DNA from: Marinospirillum sp.
GTDB taxonomy: Bacteria; Pseudomonadota; Gammaproteobacteria; Pseudomonadales; Halomonadaceae
DNA: 35,106 nt
Direction: 5' to 3'
Assembly: GCA_007116865.1 (NCBI GenBank)
Contig: SKHR01000140.1
Coordinates: forward strand, 1-35,106
The first letter of the stretch is position 1. Every line of letters begins with the position of its first letter. The notes beneath the pieces were generated by a model. It was not told where the DNA came from, did not search any database, and worked only from the letters and a program-made list of their open reading frames with translations. Below are positions 1 through 11,900 of this stretch, in pieces. Both the position numbers and the translations under genes were made by a program.

Positions 1-39
1 CTAAATTCGGGTGAATTATCACTTAGGGTAAGTCCATGA
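1..39 (+). CDS. birA: C-terminal fragment of biotin ligase/repressor BirA (partial at window start)
   Basis: Frame 1 reads LNSGELSLRVSP*, matching the BirA C-terminal GE(I/L)SLR motif; its TGA overlaps the coaX ATG (ATGA); birA-coaX adjacency is typical. Confidence 0.75.
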   Translation, partial: LNSGELSLRVSP

Positions 40-821
40 TTCTGGATCTTGATGTGGGTAATACCCTGACGAAGTGGCGGATGAAACGCATCGACTCTGG
101 TCAGATAGTTGATCGTGGATCTGTCTGGACACGGGATCGCTGGGAGGACTCAGATGCTGTGCCTGACTTTCGCGATATCAAAGTGATGCGTGTTTCAAAC
201 GTGGCTGGAAAGGAAGTCGAGGCGGAAGTTGAACGCATCTCAAGGCGTTACCGTGTGCCCATGCATTTGGCGCGCTCCACTGAGCGTTTTGCAGGAGTCA
301 CCAATGGGTATAAAGTGCCGGGCCAGCTAGGGGTGGATCGCTGGCTTGGTGTGTTGGCGGGATACCATGTGTTTGGAGGCTGTTGTGTGGTTGATTGTGG
401 CAGTGCAATCACGATTGATTTTGTGCTTGAGCAGGGCGAGCACCTAGGTGGGTTCATTTCTCCTGGCATTCGCTTGATGAAGGAAAGCTTGAAGCTGGGC
501 ACCAGAAATGTCCCAGTAGATCCAGATGAGTCGCATGAATGGTTGAGTGCACCAGGGCGCTGTACTGCTGAAGCGGTCAGTCATGGAATTTATTTGGCGG
601 CCATCGGTCAGATCAAAACGGTTTATGAGCAGGTCAGTCAAAAAACAGCGACGCAGTTGCCAGTGATTCTGACGGGGGGGGATGCCGGTCTGATTGCTAG
701 TGGAATTGGAGTGTCACAGGTCTGGCCTGACATGGTTTATGCGGGATTGGAGCTGATGTTTCCAGTCAGTGCGTCGGAGCGCCAGGGGGTGCTGTCGGGT
801 GCCCCAAGTGCTTGTCCTTAA
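36..821 (+). CDS. coaX: Type III pantothenate kinase
   Basis: Motifs LDVGNT, GVDRW, VVDCGSAITID, GGFISPG, LTGGDA; 261 aa. Confidence 0.95.
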   Translation: MILDLDVGNTLTKWRMKRIDSGQIVDRGSVWTRDRWEDSDAVPDFRDIKVMRVSNVAGKEVEAEVERISRRYRVPMHLARSTERFAGVTNGYKVPGQLGVDRWLGVLAGYHVFGGCCVVDCGSAITIDFVLEQGEHLGGFISPGIRLMKESLKLGTRNVPVDPDESHEWLSAPGRCTAEAVSHGIYLAAIGQIKTVYEQVSQKTATQLPVILTGGDAGLIASGIGVSQVWPDMVYAGLELMFPVSASERQGVLSGAPSACP

Positions 822-829
822 AAAAGTTG

Positions 830-858
830 TTGCACTGCCCGGGGGTGGCTGTTAAAGT
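830..858 (+). promoter_or_regulatory. Putative sigma70 promoter P1 of the tRNA cluster
   Basis: TTGCAC-17bp-TAAAGT, preceded by an A-tract and followed by a GC-rich discriminator GGCCGCCG. Confidence 0.5.
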
Positions 859-891
859 GGCCGCCGTTGTCGGGAAGCGAGTAAAAATCGC

Positions 892-919
892 TTGACACGC
901 GGCCTCAAATATCTATAAT
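892..919 (+). promoter_or_regulatory. Sigma70 promoter P2 of the tRNA cluster
   Basis: Perfect TTGACA-16bp-TATAAT ending 13 bp before tRNA-Tyr. Confidence 0.85.
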
Positions 920-932
920 TTGTCGCCACGCT

Positions 933-1016
<84 letters not shown>

Positions 1017-1029
1017 GTTTCAGCGGTTA

Positions 1030-1103
<74 letters not shown>

Positions 1104-1109
1104 GGATTG

Positions 1110-1184
1110 GCTCATGTAGCTCAGGGGTAGAGCACACCCTTGGTAAGGGTGAGGTCGACGGTTCAAATCCGTCCATGAGCTCCA
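1110..1184 (+). tRNA. tRNA-Thr(GGT)
   Basis: GCTCATG/CATGAGC acceptor stem, anticodon loop TTGGTAA, TTCAAAT loop, CCA end. Confidence 0.97.
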
Positions 1185-1215
1185 CGAACAAGTTTGGATT
1201 GTCCAGCCTGTCGTG

Positions 1216-1243
1216 TTGCATGCCGATGCTTAAAAAGTAAATT
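1216..1243 (+). promoter_or_regulatory. Possible internal promoter for tRNA-Trp-secE-nusG
   Basis: TTGCAT-16bp-TAAATT ending 10 bp before tRNA-Trp. Confidence 0.4.
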
Positions 1244-1253
1244 TGCCAGATTT

Positions 1254-1329
<76 letters not shown>

Positions 1330-1393
1330 ATCTTCCCCAGATTGGTTTGAGTCATATTCCAATATTTAGCTGCAGCGAGGAGAATTTTCTCTG

Positions 1394-1762
1394 ATGAAAG
1401 CAAAAGCCGAAGCTCAGCCAGCTAGACTGGACGGTATGAAGTGGGCCGTCGTTGTACTGTTAATTGCAGTTGCGGTCTTGGGTAATGGGTACTTCTCCGA
1501 TGAAGCTTTGCTTTATCGGGTGATTGGCGTTGTCGTTTTGGCTGCGGGGGCGGGTTTTGTGGCGTTGCAAACCATCAAGGGGCAGCGCTTTTTGGTCATG
1601 GCTAAAGAGGCGCGTACTGAGCTACGTAAGGTGATCTGGCCGACTCGCCCTGAAACCACGCAGACGACTCTGATTGTTCTTGCTGCAGTGGCGATTGTGG
1701 CCTTCCTGCTATGGCTGATTGATTCATTCCTCAGCTGGATCATTCAAAGCCTGATTTACTAG
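1394..1762 (+). CDS. secE: Preprotein translocase subunit SecE (3-TM form)
   Basis: [13 protein letters not shown] motif, three hydrophobic segments, position before nusG. Confidence 0.97.
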   Translation: MKAKAEAQPARLDGMKWAVVVLLIAVAVLGNGYFSDEALLYRVIGVVVLAAGAGFVALQTIKGQRFLVMAKEARTELRKVIWPTRPETTQTTLIVLAAVAIVAFLLWLIDSFLSWIIQSLIY

Positions 1763-1772
1763 GAGAACTCTG

Positions 1773-2306
1773 ATGGCCAAGCGCTGGTACGTGGTACATG
1801 CCTACTCGGGCTTTGAAAAGCAGGTCATGCGCTCTTTGCAAGAGCGAGTAAAGCTCAAGGAGATGGAGTCTGATTTCGGCCAGATTCTTGTGCCCACCGA
1901 GGAAGTGGTTGAAATGCGCGACGGTAAAAAGCGTCGTAGTGAGCGCAAGTTCTACCCAGGTTATGTGTTGGTCGAAATGGAAATGAATGACGCGACCTGG
2001 CACCTGGTTAAAGAAACGCCCAAAGTCCTTGGTTTTATTGGTGGTACGCCAGAAAAGCCCGCGCCGATCACGAGCAAAGAAGCCGATCAGATCCTGCGTC
2101 GTGTTCAGGATGGGACTGATAAGCCGCGGCCCAGAACGATGTTTGAACCGGGTGAGGTGGTGCGAGTACTTGACGGTCCCTTTGCCGACTTTAATGGGGT
2201 GGTCGAGGAAGTGAATTATGAGAAGAGCCGTCTGCATGTTTCGGTTCTGATTTTTGGACGTGCCACTCCCGTCGAGCTGGAGTTTGGTCAGGTCGAAAAA
2301 GACTAA
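1773..2306 (+). CDS. nusG: Transcription termination/antitermination factor NusG
   Basis: [13 protein letters not shown]-terminus, [11 protein letters not shown] motif [20 protein letters not shown]. Confidence 0.99.
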   Translation: MAKRWYVVHAYSGFEKQVMRSLQERVKLKEMESDFGQILVPTEEVVEMRDGKKRRSERKFYPGYVLVEMEMNDATWHLVKETPKVLGFIGGTPEKPAPITSKEADQILRRVQDGTDKPRPRTMFEPGEVVRVLDGPFADFNGVVEEVNYEKSRLHVSVLIFGRATPVELEFGQVEKD

Positions 2307-2337
2307 GCAGTTTCGTCGCTTGTTGCGACAATTAACC

Positions 2338-2362
2338 GGGGAGCCTTTTGGCGCTACTACCC
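2338..2362 (+). promoter_or_regulatory. L1 autoregulatory binding site (rplK leader)
   Basis: GGGGAGCC-TTTT-GGCGCTACTACCC just upstream of the rplK SD; resembles the E. coli L11-operon L1 operator as recalled. Confidence 0.75.
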
Positions 2363-2376
2363 ATTAGGAGTAAAGC

Positions 2377-2808
2377 ATGGCTAAGAAAGTACAAGCCTAT
2401 ATCAAGCTGCAGGTTGCAGCTGGTAAGGCAAACCCAAGTCCACCCGTTGGTCCTGCGCTGGGTCAGCATGGCGTAAATATCATGGAGTTCTGTAAAGCGT
2501 TTAACGCCCAGACTCAAGAGCTGGAAGCTGGCCTGCCAATTCCAGTTGTGATCACAGTTTACAGTGACCGCAGCTTTACCTTCATCACTAAGACGCCGCC
2601 CGCCGCTGTATTGCTGAAAAAAGCCCTGGGCCTCAAGTCTGGATCTGCTGAGCCTAACAAGAAAAAGGTTGGCAAGATCACTCGTGCGCAGCTGGAAGAA
2701 ATTGCCAAGACCAAAGAGCCCGACCTAACAGCGGCCGATTTGGATGCTGCGGTTCGTACGATTGCGGGCACTGCGCGCAGTATGGGTATTGATTCGGAGG
2801 GCGTGTAA
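2377..2808 (+). CDS. rplK: 50S ribosomal protein L11
   Basis: [26 protein letters not shown]. Confidence 0.99.
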   Translation: MAKKVQAYIKLQVAAGKANPSPPVGPALGQHGVNIMEFCKAFNAQTQELEAGLPIPVVITVYSDRSFTFITKTPPAAVLLKKALGLKSGSAEPNKKKVGKITRAQLEEIAKTKEPDLTAADLDAAVRTIAGTARSMGIDSEGV

Positions 2809-3504
2809 ATGGCTAAGCTCACTAAGCGTCAGAAGCTGATTGCAGAAAAAGTCGATCCGAACAAGGCATACAGCATTGAAGAAGCTGTGGCTCTGCTGGC
2901 CTCTCTGCCTGCCGTTAAGTTTAAAGAAACCATCGAAGTGGCAGTCAATCTGGGTGTTGATCCCAGAAAGTCTGACCAGGTCGTTCGTGGTGCCACGGTT
3001 CTGCCTAATGGAACCGGTAAATCTGTCCGTGTGGCGGTTTTTGCCCAGGGCGCTGCTGCTGATGCGGCTAAAGAAGCCGGTGCAGACTTGGTCGGCATGG
3101 ATGAACTGGCTGAACAGGTCAAGAAAGGCGAGATGAACTTTGATGTGGTCATCGCTGCGCCTGATGCCATGCGCGTCGTTGGTCAGCTGGGCCAGATTCT
3201 CGGCCCTCGTGGTCTGATGCCTAACCCCAAGGTTGGCACGGTCACTCCCGATGTGGCGACTGCGGTTAAAAATGCCAAGGCGGGTCAGGTGCGTTTCCGT
3301 ACCGACAAGAATGGCATCATTCACGCTGGCGTTGGCAAAATCGATTTCAGCGCGGATGCGATCAAAGGCAACATTGAAGCACTGTTGGCCGATTTGAAAA
3401 AGCTGAAGCCCTCTTCATCCAAGGGTATTTACATGAAGAAGGTTTCACTGTCGACTACCATGGGTCCAGGCCTGACGATTGATCAGTCAAGCTTGACTCT
3501 GTAA
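2809..3504 (+). CDS. rplA: 50S ribosomal protein L1
   Basis: [37 protein letters not shown]. Confidence 0.99.
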   Translation: MAKLTKRQKLIAEKVDPNKAYSIEEAVALLASLPAVKFKETIEVAVNLGVDPRKSDQVVRGATVLPNGTGKSVRVAVFAQGAAADAAKEAGADLVGMDELAEQVKKGEMNFDVVIAAPDAMRVVGQLGQILGPRGLMPNPKVGTVTPDVATAVKNAKAGQVRFRTDKNGIIHAGVGKIDFSADAIKGNIEALLADLKKLKPSSSKGIYMKKVSLSTTMGPGLTIDQSSLTL

Positions 3505-3537
3505 ACCTCTTTGCGGATCCGGCCTTTGGCCGGATTC

Positions 3538-3584
3538 CCGTCAAAGACCGCAGGTGCCCTAGGCTTAATTTCCTGCGCAGATGG
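3538..3584 (+). promoter_or_regulatory. L10(L12)4 leader (rplJ autoregulatory element)
   Basis: CCGTCAAAGACCGCAGG...CTTAAT..CCTGCGCAGATGG with CGCAGG/CCTGCG and CCGTC/GATGG stems in the rplA-rplJ spacer. Confidence 0.85.
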
Positions 3585-3685
3585 ATGACCGCCTCTCTGA
3601 TGTCGGTCCAACCATCAAAAGACTCCGGAGACGGAGGGTTGGAAACCGGGAAAGCCATCGCTTTCCATAATAGGAGCAAGTTAAC

Positions 3686-4189
3686 GTGGCAATTGGTCTG
3701 AAAGACAAAAAAGCAATCGTCGCTGAAGTGAACGAAGCTGCCAAAGTTGCTCAATCTGTGGTCGTTGCAGACTCACGTGGTGTCACTGTTGCGGCAATGA
3801 CGGAATTGCGTAAGCAAGCCCGCGCCGAACAGGTTCAGCTGCGTGTTGTTCGCAACACCCTTGCTAAGCGTGCATTTGAAGGCACGACTTACGAGTGCTT
3901 GAGCAATGAGTTTGTCGGTCCTACATTGATCGCTTTTTCGATGGAGCACCCTGGGGCAGCAGCGCGTCTGTTCAAAGAGTTTGCGAAAAATCAAAAAGCG
4001 TTTGAAGTAAAAGCACTGGCCTATGAAGGCGAGTTGATTCCTGCCAAGGATATCGACCGTCTTGCCAGTCTGCCGACTTACGAAGAAGCCCTGGCCAAGC
4101 TGATGGCAACAATGAAAGAAGCCTCTGCTGGCAAGCTGGTTCGTACTCTGGCTGCTTTGCGCGACAAGAAACAGGAAGAAGCCGCCTGA
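3686..4189 (+). CDS. rplJ: 50S ribosomal protein L10
   Basis: GTG start, [28 protein letters not shown]. Confidence 0.98.
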   Translation: MAIGLKDKKAIVAEVNEAAKVAQSVVVADSRGVTVAAMTELRKQARAEQVQLRVVRNTLAKRAFEGTTYECLSNEFVGPTLIAFSMEHPGAAARLFKEFAKNQKAFEVKALAYEGELIPAKDIDRLASLPTYEEALAKLMATMKEASAGKLVRTLAALRDKKQEEAA

Positions 4190-4246
4190 TCAGGCTGGCT
4201 TTGTTTATCGGTAACGAACGAATTATTCAATTTTAGGTAAAAGATC

Positions 4247-4615
4247 ATGGCACTTACGAAAGACGATATCATCAATGCAGTTGCTGAAATGTCAGTCATG
4301 GAAGTTGCAGAGCTGGTTTCTGCAATGGAAGAAAAATTTGGCGTTTCTGCGGCAGCAGCCGTTGTTGCTGGCCCTGCAGCTGGCGGCGAAGCCGCTGAAG
4401 AACAAACCGAGTTTGACATTGTTCTGACTTCTGCTGGCGACAAAAAAGTTAACGTTATCAAGGCGGTTCGTGAAATCACTGGTTTGGGCCTGAAAGAAGC
4501 CAAAGCGATGGTTGATGGTGCGCCTGCAACCGTTAAAGAAGCAGCTTCTAAGGATGAAGCAGAAGCGGCTAAAGCGAAGCTTGAAGAAGCTGGCGCTACG
4601 GTGGAACTGAAGTAA
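4247..4615 (+). CDS. rplL: 50S ribosomal protein L7/L12
   Basis: [27 protein letters not shown]. Confidence 0.99.
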   Translation: MALTKDDIINAVAEMSVMEVAELVSAMEEKFGVSAAAAVVAGPAAGGEAAEEQTEFDIVLTSAGDKKVNVIKAVREITGLGLKEAKAMVDGAPATVKEAASKDEAEAAKAKLEEAGATVELK

Positions 4616-4645
4616 TTCTTCTGCAGCGCAAGCTGCAAAAAAAGT

Positions 4646-4676
4646 GGCTGGTGGCGTTCGCGCCGCCGGCCTTTTT
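4646..4676 (+). terminator. Intrinsic terminator/attenuator between rplL and rpoB
   Basis: GGCTGGTGGCG-TTCG-CGCCGCCGGCC hairpin followed by TTTTT; equivalent position to the known rplL-rpoB attenuator. Confidence 0.85.
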
Positions 4677-4784
4677 CTGTCTCAGGCGGGTGTTGAGGCA
4701 GAACCAGGATCAAGGTGACACCTGCCGTACAGGTGAAGCGACCCTCGTGGTCTGACTTTCTGGTGAACAAACCGGGGAAAACTG

Positions 4785-7700
4785 ATGGCTTACTCCTATA
4801 CAGAGAAAAAACGCATCCGTAAGGACTTCAGCAAACTTCCACAGGTCATGGATGTGCCCTATTTGCTGGCGATCCAGCTGGATTCTTACCGCCAGTTCTT
4901 GCAAGAGGACACTAACGACGAAGCGCGCGCTGAAACTGGGCTGCATGCGGCCTTTCAGTCCGTATTCCCGATTGAGAGTTACTCTGGTAATGCCGCATTA
5001 GAGTATGTGAGCTATCGCCTGGGTACCCCCGGTTTTGATGTTAAAGAATGTATTTTGCGTGGGGTGACCTATGCTGCGCCTTTGCGTGTCAAAGTGCGCT
5101 TGGTCATCTACGATAAAGATTCGCCTAACAAGGCGATCAAAGATATCAAAGAGCAAGAAGTTTATATGGGTGAAATCCCCTTGATGACTGAGAACGGGAC
5201 TTTTGTCATCAATGGGACTGAGCGAGTGATCGTGTCACAGCTACATCGCTCGCCCGGTGTTTTCTTTGATCATGACCGCGGTAAAACTCACTCTTCTGGC
5301 AAGCTGCTTTATTCTGCTCGGATCATACCTTACCGTGGCTCCTGGCTGGATTTTGAATTTGATCCTAAAGACATGCTGTTTGTGCGGATTGACCGTCGCC
5401 GCAAACTCCCAGCGTCAATTTTGTTACGTGCGCTGGGTTACAGTGCAGAACAGATTCTGGAAATGTTCTTTGAAACCAGTTGCTTCCATGTTGAGAAGTC
5501 AGGTTTCACTGTGGATCTGGTGCCATCGCGCCTACGTGGCGAGACCTCTTCTTTCGAGATTCTCGATAAAAAAGGCGAAGTGCTGGTCGAAAAAGATCGT
5601 CGCATCACCCAGAAACATATTCGCCTGATGGAAAAAGCGGGTATCAAGCGCTTGTCCGTCCCGGCTGAATATATCTATGGCAAGGTGTTGGCGCGTGACA
5701 TGATCGACCCTGCTTCAGGTGAACTGATTGCCGAGTGCAATACCGAAGTCACTGAAGACCTGCTCAATAAGTTGGTCGAAGCCAAGATCAAGTCTTTTGA
5801 AACCCTGTATACCAACGAACTGGATTGTGGTCCTTTTGTTTCGGACACCCTGAAAATCGACCCCACCCGTTCACAACTAGAATCCCTGGTCGAAATTTAT
5901 CGCATGATGCGCCCAGGTGAGCCACCCACCAAGGAAGCAGCGGAAAGCCTGTTTGGTAACCTGTTCTTCTCCGAAGAGCGTTACGACCTGTCTGTTGTCG
6001 GGCGGATGAAATTCAATCGCCGTCTGCGCAAAGAAGAAGACACTGGCTCCAGCATACTGACACATGAAGACATCATTGATGTCATGCGTGAACTGATCAG
6101 TATTCGTAACGGTAAAGGTGAAGTGGATGATATTGATCACCTGGGCAACCGTCGTATCCGCTCAGTGGGTGAAATGGCAGAAAACCAGTTCCGCGTTGGC
6201 TTGGTTCGAGTTGAGCGTGCAGTGAAAGAACGCTTGTCACTGGCTGAAAGTGAAGGCCTGATGCCCCAGGACTTGATCAATGCCAAGCCCGTTGCCGCTG
6301 CCGTGAAAGAGTTTTTTGGCTCTAGTCAGCTGTCTCAGTTCATGGATCAGAACAACCCCTTGTCTGAGGTCACACACAAGCGCCGAGTTTCGGCTTTGGG
6401 CCCAGGCGGTTTGACGCGTGAGCGGGCTGGTTTTGAAGTTCGTGACGTACACCCAACCCACTATGGCCGTGTCTGTCCGATTGAAACACCTGAAGGTCCA
6501 AACATTGGTTTGATCAACTCTTTGGCAACCTATGCGCGGACTAACTCTTATGGCTTTCTGGAAACGCCTTACCGTAAGGTCATTAATAGCAAGGTGACCG
6601 ATGAGATGGTGTACCTCTCCGCCATCGAAGAAGGTCAGTACGTCATTGCCCAGGCTTCTGCCGGTGTCAATGCGAAAAATGAGTTGATCGATGACTTGGT
6701 TCAGGTGCGTCATAAGGGTGACACCACTTTTGTGACCCCGGATCAGGTGACTCTGATGGATGTTTCACCGCGCCAGGTGGTTTCAGTCGCGGCCTCGTTG
6801 ATTCCCTTCCTGGAGCACGATGATGCTAACCGTGCCTTGATGGGATCGAACATGCAGCGCCAGGCCGTACCGACCTTGAAGGCTGATAAGCCGTTGGTTG
6901 GTACTGGTATGGAGCGTTTTGTTGCGCGTGACTCCGGTGTGTGTGCGGTTGCTCAGCGGGGCGGGGTGGTGGATTCGGTTGATGCTTCTCGTATTGTGGT
7001 GCGCATCAATGAGGATGAAGTCATAGGTGGCGAGGCAGGGATCGATATCTACAACCTGACTAAGTACACCCGGTCTAACCAGAACACCTGTATCAATCAA
7101 CGCCCGATTGTCAAACCGGGTGATGTGATTCAGCGTGGAGATATTTTAGCGGATGGCCCTTCTGTTGACATGGGTGAGCTGGCGCTGGGTCAGAACATGC
7201 GCATTGCCTTCATGCCCTGGAACGGCTTTAACTTTGAGGATTCGATCCTGGTTTCTGAGCGGGTGGTGCAGGAAGACCGCTTCACCACGATCCATATCCA
7301 GGAGTTGACCTGCGTCTCGCGTGATACCAAGCTGGGCTCAGAAGAAATCACTGCGGATATCCCCAATGTGGGTGAGTCTGCACTGAGCAAGCTGGATGAG
7401 GCGGGTATCGTTTACATCGGTGCTGAGGTAGGCCCGGGTGATATCCTCGTTGGCAAGGTAACGCCAAAAGGTGAAACCCAACTGACACCAGAAGAAAAAC
7501 TGCTGCGTGCGATCTTTGGTGAAAAAGCATCGGATGTGAAAGACACCTCTTTGCGCCTGTCTTCAGGCATGAAGGGCACGGTCATCGACGTTCAGGTGTT
7601 CACCCGTGATGGTGTTGAGAAAGACAGTCGCGCCATCGCCGTTGAGCAGATGCAGCTGGACAAGGTTCGCAAGGACCTGAAAGAAGAGTTTCGTATTGCT

Positions 7701-8864
7701 GAAGAAGCCACCTTCATCCGTCTGCGTAATGCCCTGGTCGATCAGCCTGTCAATGGCGGACCTCAACTGACCAAAGGCAAAAAAGTCAGCGCTGACTATC
7801 TGGATGAGCTTGAGCTGAGCCAATGGTTCAAACTGCGCATGCAGGATGAAGCACTGAACGAGCTCCTGGCTCAGGCGCAACAGCAGTTGGAAGAGCGCAA
7901 GCAGGACATGGAAGCCAAGTTTGAAGATAAAAAGCGCAAGCTGCAGCAGGGCGATGATCTTGCCCCAGGTGTGCTTAAAATCGTCAAGGTGTATGTGGCC
8001 GTGAAACGTCGCATTCAGCCAGGCGACAAGATGGCGGGCCGTCACGGTAACAAAGGGGTTATCTCGGCCATCATGCCGGTTGAAGATATGCCCTACGATG
8101 AAGCCGGTGTACCGGTTGATATCGTGCTCAACCCCTTGGGTGTACCCTCGCGGATGAACGTTGGTCAGGTTCTGGAAACCCACCTGGGTCTTGCGGCCAA
8201 AGGTCTGGGCGATAAGCTGACAGTGATGCTGGCAGAAGAGCGCAAAAACCAGGTTACTGAGATTCGTGGCTTCCTGGAGCAGGTCTATAATCAGATTGGC
8301 GGCATGAACAAAGAGTCTTTGGATTCTCTCAGTGATGATGAAATCATCGATCTGGCACAGAACCTGAAAGGTGGCGTGCCAATGGCGACTCCCGTTTTCG
8401 ATGGCGCCAATGAGAAAGAAATCAAAGCCATGCTTGAGCTGGCAGGTCAGCCGCGCTCAGGCCAGATGGACCTCTACGATGGCCGGACTGGCGACAAGTT
8501 CGACCGCCCTGTCACCGTTGGTTACATGTACATGCTCAAGCTCAACCACCTGGTGGATGACAAGATGCATGCGCGTTCAACCGGCTCTTATAGCCTGGTC
8601 ACGCAGCAGCCTTTGGGTGGTAAAGCCCAGTTTGGTGGTCAGCGCTTTGGTGAGATGGAGGTTTGGGCGCTGGAGGCTTATGGTGCCGCCCATACACTGC
8701 AAGAAATGCTGACGGTTAAATCGGACGACGTGAATGGCCGGACCAAGATGTACAAGAACATCGTGGATGGAAACCACAAGATGGAGCCAGGCATGCCTGA
8801 ATCCTTCAATGTTCTGATCAAAGAAATTCGTTCCCTGGCGATCGATATCGACCTGGAATACTGA
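4785..8864 (+). CDS. rpoB: RNA polymerase beta subunit
   Basis: [55 protein letters not shown]. Confidence 0.99.
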   Translation: MAYSYTEKKRIRKDFSKLPQVMDVPYLLAIQLDSYRQFLQEDTNDEARAETGLHAAFQSVFPIESYSGNAALEYVSYRLGTPGFDVKECILRGVTYAAPLRVKVRLVIYDKDSPNKAIKDIKEQEVYMGEIPLMTENGTFVINGTERVIVSQLHRSPGVFFDHDRGKTHSSGKLLYSARIIPYRGSWLDFEFDPKDMLFVRIDRRRKLPASILLRALGYSAEQILEMFFETSCFHVEKSGFTVDLVPSRLRGETSSFEILDKKGEVLVEKDRRITQKHIRLMEKAGIKRLSVPAEYIYGKVLARDMIDPASGELIAECNTEVTEDLLNKLVEAKIKSFETLYTNELDCGPFVSDTLKIDPTRSQLESLVEIYRMMRPGEPPTKEAAESLFGNLFFSEERYDLSVVGRMKFNRRLRKEEDTGSSILTHEDIIDVMRELISIRNGKGEVDDIDHLGNRRIRSVGEMAENQFRVGLVRVERAVKERLSLAESEGLMPQDLINAKPVAAAVKEFFGSSQLSQFMDQNNPLSEVTHKRRVSALGPGGLTRERAGFEVRDVHPTHYGRVCPIETPEGPNIGLINSLATYARTNSYGFLETPYRKVINSKVTDEMVYLSAIEEGQYVIAQASAGVNAKNELIDDLVQVRHKGDTTFVTPDQVTLMDVSPRQVVSVAASLIPFLEHDDANRALMGSNMQRQAVPTLKADKPLVGTGMERFVARDSGVCAVAQRGGVVDSVDASRIVVRINEDEVIGGEAGIDIYNLTKYTRSNQNTCINQRPIVKPGDVIQRGDILADGPSVDMGELALGQNMRIAFMPWNGFNFEDSILVSERVVQEDRFTTIHIQELTCVSRDTKLGSEEITADIPNVGESALSKLDEAGIVYIGAEVGPGDILVGKVTPKGETQLTPEEKLLRAIFGEKASDVKDTSLRLSSGMKGTVIDVQVFTRDGVEKDSRAIAVEQMQLDKVRKDLKEEFRIAEEATFIRLRNALVDQPVNGGPQLTKGKKVSADYLDELELSQWFKLRMQDEALNELLAQAQQQLEERKQDMEAKFEDKKRKLQQGDDLAPGVLKIVKVYVAVKRRIQPGDKMAGRHGNKGVISAIMPVEDMPYDEAGVPVDIVLNPLGVPSRMNVGQVLETHLGLAAKGLGDKLTVMLAEERKNQVTEIRGFLEQVYNQIGGMNKESLDSLSDDEIIDLAQNLKGGVPMATPVFDGANEKEIKAMLELAGQPRSGQMDLYDGRTGDKFDRPVTVGYMYMLKLNHLVDDKMHARSTGSYSLVTQQPLGGKAQFGGQRFGEMEVWALEAYGAAHTLQEMLTVKSDDVNGRTKMYKNIVDGNHKMEPGMPESFNVLIKEIRSLAIDIDLEY

Positions 8865-8967
8865 GCGCCTTCGGTGTGAGAGCGGGGAATGCCTTGACTT
8901 TAGGGCAAGCGAAAAGACAGTACTGGCAGGGGCTTCCCTGTCAGTACGCCAACAGGAGCTGCGGCTG

Positions 8968-11900
8968 ATGAAAGACCTGGTGAATATTTTGCGTACTCAG
9001 GGGCAACCTGAGGAGTTTGAATCTCTTAAAATCTCTTTGGCCTCACCGGACATGATTCGTTCTTGGTCCTTCGGTGAAGTTAAAAAGCCGGAAACCATTA
9101 ACTACCGTACCTTCAAGCCGGAGCGTGACGGCTTGTTCTGTGCCAAGATTTTTGGCCCAGTCAAAGACTATGAGTGTTTGTGTGGCAAATACAAGCGCAT
9201 GAAGCATCGCGGCATCATTTGTGAGAAGTGTGGCGTTGAAGTCACCCAGGCCAAGGTGCGTCGTGAGCGCATGGGCCACATTGAGCTGGCATCACCGGTT
9301 GCGCACATCTGGTTCTTGAAGTCCTTGCCTTCGCGCATTGGCCTAATGCTGGATATGACGCTGCGGGATATTGAGCGAGTGCTCTATTTCGAAAGCTTTA
9401 TTGTCATCGATCCAGGCATGACCACGCTGGAAAAAGGTCAGTTGCTGAATGACGAGCAATATTTTGATGCACTAGAAGAATTTGGTGATGACTTCGTTGC
9501 TCTGATGGGTGCAGAAGCGATCCAGGAGCTGCTTAAGGATATCGATCTGAATGACGAGATCGAAACCATCCGTGAGGAAATCCCACAGACCAGCTCAGAA
9601 ACCAAGCTGAAAAAGCTGACCAAACGCTTGAAGATTCTTGAGGCTTTCCGTGACTCCAACAACCAGCCTGGCTGGATGGTGATGGAGGTCTTGCCAGTAC
9701 TGCCACCGGATTTGCGGCCATTGGTTCCGCTGGATGGTGGTCGTTTTGCTACTTCCGACCTGAATGACCTCTATCGCCGGGTCATCAACCGTAATAACCG
9801 CTTGAAGCGTCTGCTGGAACTCAGCGCACCCGATATCATCGTGCGTAATGAAAAACGCATGTTGCAGGAAGCGGTGGATGCACTGCTGGATAACGGCCGT
9901 CGCGGTCGGGCGATCACCGGTAGCAACAAGCGTCCGTTAAAATCCCTCGCCGATATGATCAAGGGTAAGCAGGGGCGTTTCCGTCAAAACCTGCTGGGTA
10001 AACGCGTCGACTATTCTGGTCGTTCGGTCATCACCGTGGGCCCGACCCTGCGCTTGCATCAGTGCGGTCTGCCCAAGAAGATGGCGCTTGAGCTGTTCAA
10101 ACCCTTTATTTTTGCCAAGTTAGAAGCCCGAGGTCTGGCAACGACCATCAAGGCGGCGAAAAAGATGGTTGAGCGTGAGCTGCCCGAGGTTTGGGATATT
10201 CTGGCTGAAGTCATCCGTCAGCATCCTGTCCTGCTGAACCGTGCGCCTACTCTGCACCGCCTGGGTATTCAGGCGTTTGAGCCTGTGTTGATCGAGGGTA
10301 AAGCGATTCAGCTGCACCCTTTGGTTTGTGCGGCCTATAACGCTGACTTTGACGGTGACCAAATGGCGGTTCACGTGCCCCTGACCCTTGAGGCTCAGCT
10401 GGAAGCGCGTGCGTTGATGCTGTCGACCAATAACGTCTTGTCGCCTTCTAACGGCGAGCCAATCATCGTACCTTCACAGGACGTGGTACTGGGTCTTTAC
10501 TACATGACCCGCGAAAAAGTCGGTGCCCTGGGTGAGGGGCGTATGCTCAGCGGTATTGATGAGGCCGAGCGGGGTTATGCCACCGGTCACCTCAGCTTGC
10601 ATGCACGGGTCCGTGCACGGGTTGAAGAAACCGTGAAAGAAATTGAAGGCGAACCGATGAGCCGCACCTTTATTGCGGACACCACGGTTGGTCGTTTGCT
10701 GCTGTTCCGGGTGCTGCCCAAGGGCTTGCCTTTTGAACTGGTCAACCTGCCGCTGACCAAAAAAGCGATTTCACGCCTGATCAACGAGGCCTACCGCCGT
10801 GTCGGTCTGAAAGATACGGTGATTTTTGCGGATCAGTTGATGTACACCGGCTTCCGTTATGCCACCTGGTCTGGCTGTTCGATCGGTGTCAACGACTTCG
10901 TTATTCCTGAAGAAAAAGCCAGCATCGTGGCCGAGGCCGAGGCCGAGGTCAAACAGATTGAACAGCAGTTTGCTTCCGGTTTGGTGACTCAGGGCGAGAA
11001 GTACAACAAGGTGATCGATATTTGGTCTAAAGCCAATGACAAGGTTGCCAAGGCGATGATGGCGGGGATCTCTAAAGAGAAGGCCGTGGATCGTCAAGGG
11101 GTTGAGCATGAGCAGGACTCTTTTAACAGCGTCTTCATCATGGCAGACTCAGGTGCGCGGGGTTCTGCGGCCCAGATTCGTCAGTTGGCCGGTATGCGCG
11201 GTCTGATGGCCAAGCCAGATGGCTCGATCATTGAAACCCCGATCGTGGCGAACTTCCGTGAAGGTCTGAATGTACTCCAGTACTTTATTTCGACCCACGG
11301 CGCACGTAAGGGTCTGGCCGATACCGCCTTGAAAACGGCCAACTCGGGTTATCTGACTCGTCGTTTGGTGGATGTGGCGCAGGATCTGGTTGTTACCGAA
11401 GAAGATTGTGGCACCGAAGAAGGCCTGGTCATGCACCCAATCATTGAGGGTGGAGACATCATCGTGCCGCTGTCTCAGCGTGTGCTGGGGCGTGTCGTGG
11501 CTCAGGATGTGGTTAGTGCTGAAACCGGTGAGGTGGTGATTCCTAAAGATACGCTCTTGGATGAGAAGTGGTGTAATCGTCTGGACACCCTGAGTGTGGA
11601 TGAAATCATTGTCCGCTCCGCGATCACCTGTGAAACCCGTTTTGGTGTGTGCTCCAAGTGTTATGGCCGTGACCTTGCGCGTGGCCACCAGGTCAACGTG
11701 GGTGAAGCCGTTGGTGTCATCGCGGCCCAGTCGATCGGTGAGCCAGGCACCCAGTTGACCATGCGGACCTTCCACATCGGGGGTGCGGCTTCCCGTGCCT
11801 CGGCGGCGGATAGCGTGCAGGTCAAACATGGTGGCAGCATCCGTTTCCACAACCTTAAGGTGGTGGATCGTGATGATGGCAAACTGGTGGCCATTTCACG

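Noticed and set aside
6310-6410. Rifampicin-resistance substitutions in RpoB cluster I
   Set aside because: The key Q, D, H and S residues (SQFMDQ...THKRRVSAL) appear wild type
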